A stretch of 64,000 bases of DNA from Phyllobates terribilis (Eukaryota). Shown in pieces: positions 61,466 through 64,000 of this stretch. Positions within the stretch are counted from its first letter, which is position 1; the number at the start of each line of letters is the position of its first letter. Both the position numbers and the translations under genes were made by a program. The notes beneath the pieces were generated by a model that saw only the letters and a program-made list of their open reading frames with translations, was not told where the DNA came from and did not search any database. Location: contig NW_027362761.1 in assembly GCF_046119375.1 (NCBI RefSeq), positions 725,214,001 to 725,278,000 of the forward strand, written 5' to 3'.

Positions 61466-63496
61466 TTAATAACGGCATCCTCCTGCTCCTTCTTGAGGGT
61501 AACCTTCAAACCCGTCCGGGTCCTCTTGTCCTTCCTCAAACCGCAGCTCTTCCTCAGTCAATCTGTGCACATGGAGAGCATATGGACCTTTGGCACATTG
61601 ATGCCGGGTGAAGGTGACCTCATCACCCAGGTAAAGATCACGTCCTCTGTGTCCCTCCGGCAGATGGCTCTCGACGTCCCTGCGGGTGACAAAGACGTCG
61701 CCGGGGGTTCTGTGGTCCCGGATAAAACCCCAACCGTGCTGCAGTTGAAACTTGATTACGGTCCCGGTGGCGCGGGGACCATGGGCTGCACGGGGGTTTC
61801 GTCTGGTCCGGCTTTTCTGTTCCGCACTCTGTACTTGCAGCCGCTCCTCGCGGACCCGCCTCTCTCGCCGTTCCCGGTCGAAGACCTCCAGCTGTTGCCG
61901 GCAGCACTCTGCTCGCTGGGCTGCGGCCGCCCGAGTCTCGTGGGTGAACCCAATGAGGTTTTCTCCAGTGGGGTCCCATTCGAATTGGGCCTCCTCCAAC
62001 GGGAGCGGGGTGATCTTGGCGGGCGCCGGAGCCGGAATCAGGGGCTCACACAGAGGCCTTTCCTTCCGGAGTCGGGGATGGAGGTACTCCGGTGGCCACT
62101 CAAAGGGCTGCCCATCCGGGCAAGTGTGCTGGGCGAACAGGTCTTCACCCAAGGGTAGCACGGTGGAGGTTGAGGGCGCGATGGTAGTAGCGGCGCCCGG
62201 ATTCACCAGGCCTTGCGACCAGGCCGGTGGCGCTCTAAAGGTAAAGGGCACTGTGGAGACGGCGGCGCCCGGGGGCACTCGGCCCTGCGACCAGGCCAGT
62301 GACTTGGTGGAGATAGAGGGCTCTGTTGGAACTGCGGCGCCCGGGGGTACTCGGCCCTGCGACCAGGCCGGAGGCGTCTCCTGCTTGGCCGCGCTCGGGG
62401 TTGAGGCGCGTGACGTCACAGGGGGCGTGGCCGCGGCTCCTGCTTGAGGCCTAGTCTGGAGCGGTGGCGGTGCAGCGACGGGCACGGTAGGGGGAATTTC
62501 GGGCTCTGCGACGGGGAGCTGGGGCAGGCTCACGGTTTCTAGGCTTGGGGTAGTGACGTCCCCTTTACCTGACTCCATCTCTTCAGCTCCTTCCACGGCG
62601 TCGTCTCCGGCCTTCATTCCTCCTGCACCATCCTCAGAGGCGGTCAGACTCCTCGTCTCGGGTGGCGTGCTCCGCTGGCGGGTTCCAGCCTGCTGGGCCA
62701 TCTCCCTACTCCACTCAGTCAGCGTTTCTTGCTGCACCTGGGCCATCCTCCGTGCGAGGCCCTCCAGCGCGGTCTGTGCACGCTCCCGGTCTCGGGGGAG
62801 CTGTGCCAGGATCTCCACCAGGTCTTGTGGGGTGGTGGCTTGCAACAGGCTCCTGACCACAGGGTCGGTGCTGCCTGACTCTCCCTCCATCTCCGGGTGC
62901 GACCTCTCCAGACTCTTCCAGGCTGCACCCATCCTCACTCTTTTGTTCTTGATCCGCCCATACTGAGGGCGGTCCTGGGGCAACTTGGTGATTGTCAGTT
63001 CCAGGGGAAGACCCCCCACGCTGACGGACATCTCAATCATTGCAGTCTCTGCTGGTGGGGGCGGTTTCCGCTTTTGGCGCCATTCCTGGACCTGGCCCAC
63101 GATGGGAGGTGGCCTCTTGCCACCCTCTGGCACGCCCATAATGGCGTCCGCTCTGCCAGGGCGGGAAATCATCTCAGATGGCGGGAATCGTCTCCTAATG
63201 GCGGGAAACTCCGTGGATGGCGGGAAAAGGCTGCAGATGGCGGGCAAACGGCGGGAAACGACCCGAGATGGCGTCCGATGGCGGGGACCCTCCGGAACCG
63301 GCGGGAGACTTCTTCTTACGGTAAATATGAACTTTTCTTCAGGCACGCAGTACCCGGTGGTTGCGGGCACGTTATCCTGCCGACTACGCCAAAATTGACG
63401 CGCCCCCTGGGCCATGTTCAAGGGATACCCGGAGCCGGATCTGGATGGGGGTAGTAGTCCTTGTGGCGGTGACCCGGTCCGTGCCCAGGGTGTCAA
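61466..63496 (-). CDS. Retroelement ORF (up to 676 aa): helical N-terminal region, Pro/Ala-rich linker with 3 x 24-aa repeats, C-terminal cold-shock domain (61562-61771)
   Basis: Uninterrupted frame of 2031 nt; TGTVIKFQLQHGWGFI..GDVFVT..LYLGDEVTFT...AKGPYALHV aligns with CSD RNP1/RNP2. The true start is probably a Met downstream of the PBS. Confidence 0.82.
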   Translation of the reverse strand: MTPWARTGSPPQGLLPPSRSGSGYPLNMAQGARQFWRSRQDNVPATTGYCVPEEKFIFTVRRSLPPVPEGPRHRTPSRVVSRRLPAICSLFPPSTEFPAIRRRFPPSEMISRPGRADAIMGVPEGGKRPPPIVGQVQEWRQKRKPPPPAETAMIEMSVSVGGLPLELTITKLPQDRPQYGRIKNKRVRMGAAWKSLERSHPEMEGESGSTDPVVRSLLQATTPQDLVEILAQLPRDRERAQTALEGLARRMAQVQQETLTEWSREMAQQAGTRQRSTPPETRSLTASEDGAGGMKAGDDAVEGAEEMESGKGDVTTPSLETVSLPQLPVAEPEIPPTVPVAAPPPLQTRPQAGAAATPPVTSRASTPSAAKQETPPAWSQGRVPPGAAVPTEPSISTKSLAWSQGRVPPGAAVSTVPFTFRAPPAWSQGLVNPGAATTIAPSTSTVLPLGEDLFAQHTCPDGQPFEWPPEYLHPRLRKERPLCEPLIPAPAPAKITPLPLEEAQFEWDPTGENLIGFTHETRAAAAQRAECCRQQLEVFDRERRERRVREERLQVQSAEQKSRTRRNPRAAHGPRATGTVIKFQLQHGWGFIRDHRTPGDVFVTRRDVESHLPEGHRGRDLYLGDEVTFTRHQCAKGPYALHVHRLTEEELRFEEGQEDPDGFEGYPQEGAGGCRY
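63374..63391 (-). promoter_or_regulatory. Primer-binding site, tRNA-Ser
   Basis: TGGCGTAGTCGGCAGGAT is an 18/18 complement of the vertebrate tRNA-Ser 3' end (ATCCTGCCGACTACGCCA), 4 nt from the LTR end. Confidence 0.93.
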
Positions 63497-64000
63497 ACTA
63501 AGTGTGTGGCAGTCTTGGTAGATGTTGTTTCTGTGTCGACTACGCCACCCGTTGATTTGCGGTCACAAGGCCGCCGCTGCAGAACAGTCCGCTGAGGCCG
63601 GTAGTGTGTGTGCAGCAATGGTGGTATAACCCCCAACGGGAGGGGTATGGCCTCAGGGCAGCTGGTGCGGATGATGGGGGTAGTGATAGTGCAGAAAGGA
63701 GAGTCAGAGACGTGAGATGCAGTTTCAGGGTTTTTACTCACAGGTGTTCCTTCAGTCACTCTGGCCTTGAGTGACCACCCGAGCCGTGCTGCATCCACCA
63801 GGTGCGGGACTCGGCTAACCCCCAGGCAGTTCCGGAGCGTGGTCCTGAGCTTCCCTCTCACTCTCTTTCTCCTGGCCGTCCCCACCAGGGATCCACCTTT
63901 GTCCGGTTCCCTTGGGCCTTCTATGGTAAAACCTTCTCTGGCTTTCCTGACCCTACTCTTGGTGTACCTTCCTGGTGGATGTGGTGAGGGTCGTGGCAAA
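63396..64000 (-). repeat. 5' LTR (partial, cut by the window edge)
   Basis: Matches 59725-60329 except at 63577 and 63992. Confidence 0.93.

Larger units (their letters stand above)
59725..64000 (-). mobile_element. Young pol-less LTR retroelement encoding a cold-shock-domain protein (5' LTR runs off the window)
   Basis: 3' LTR 59725-60945, PPT, single long ORF, tRNA-Ser PBS, 5' LTR from 63396; only 2 substitutions seen over 605 comparable LTR bases. Confidence 0.92.

Noticed and set aside
61562-61771. Bacterial contamination or a host ybx/lin28 exon as the source of the cold-shock domain
   Set aside because: The domain is in frame within a 2-kb intronless ORF bounded by paired LTRs, a vertebrate tRNA-Ser PBS and a PPT; no flanking YBX or Lin28 (CCHC) sequence is present.

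Overview
Repeat-dense vertebrate genomic DNA. The repeat families (V-SINE, T2/Kolobok-type MITEs, Tc1, hAT, Helitrons, chromovirus LTR elements) point to a frog, which is an inference. No host gene could be identified with confidence. Main contents: (1) a decayed Tf1/sushi-type chromoviral Gypsy element (about 1836-7548) with a self-priming site instead of a tRNA PBS, a solo LTR of the same family and two solo LTRs of a sister family, all three solo LTRs with perfect 5-bp TSDs; (2) a cluster of Helitrons (11.6-24.2 kb), including a decayed RepHel element and a non-autonomous element filled with a palindromic CCAAT/E2F-like minisatellite; (3) two DD38E Tc1 copies, one with an open 350-aa ORF, plus several decayed DD34E-type Tc1s; (4) a decayed hAT transposon; (5) a deleted tRNA-Leu-primed LTR element and a related solo LTR. 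The most unusual feature is at the right end (59725-64000, minus strand): a young LTR element with near-identical LTRs, a perfect tRNA-Ser PBS and a PPT. It has no pol. Its single long open ORF ends in a recognisable cold-shock (OB-fold) domain.
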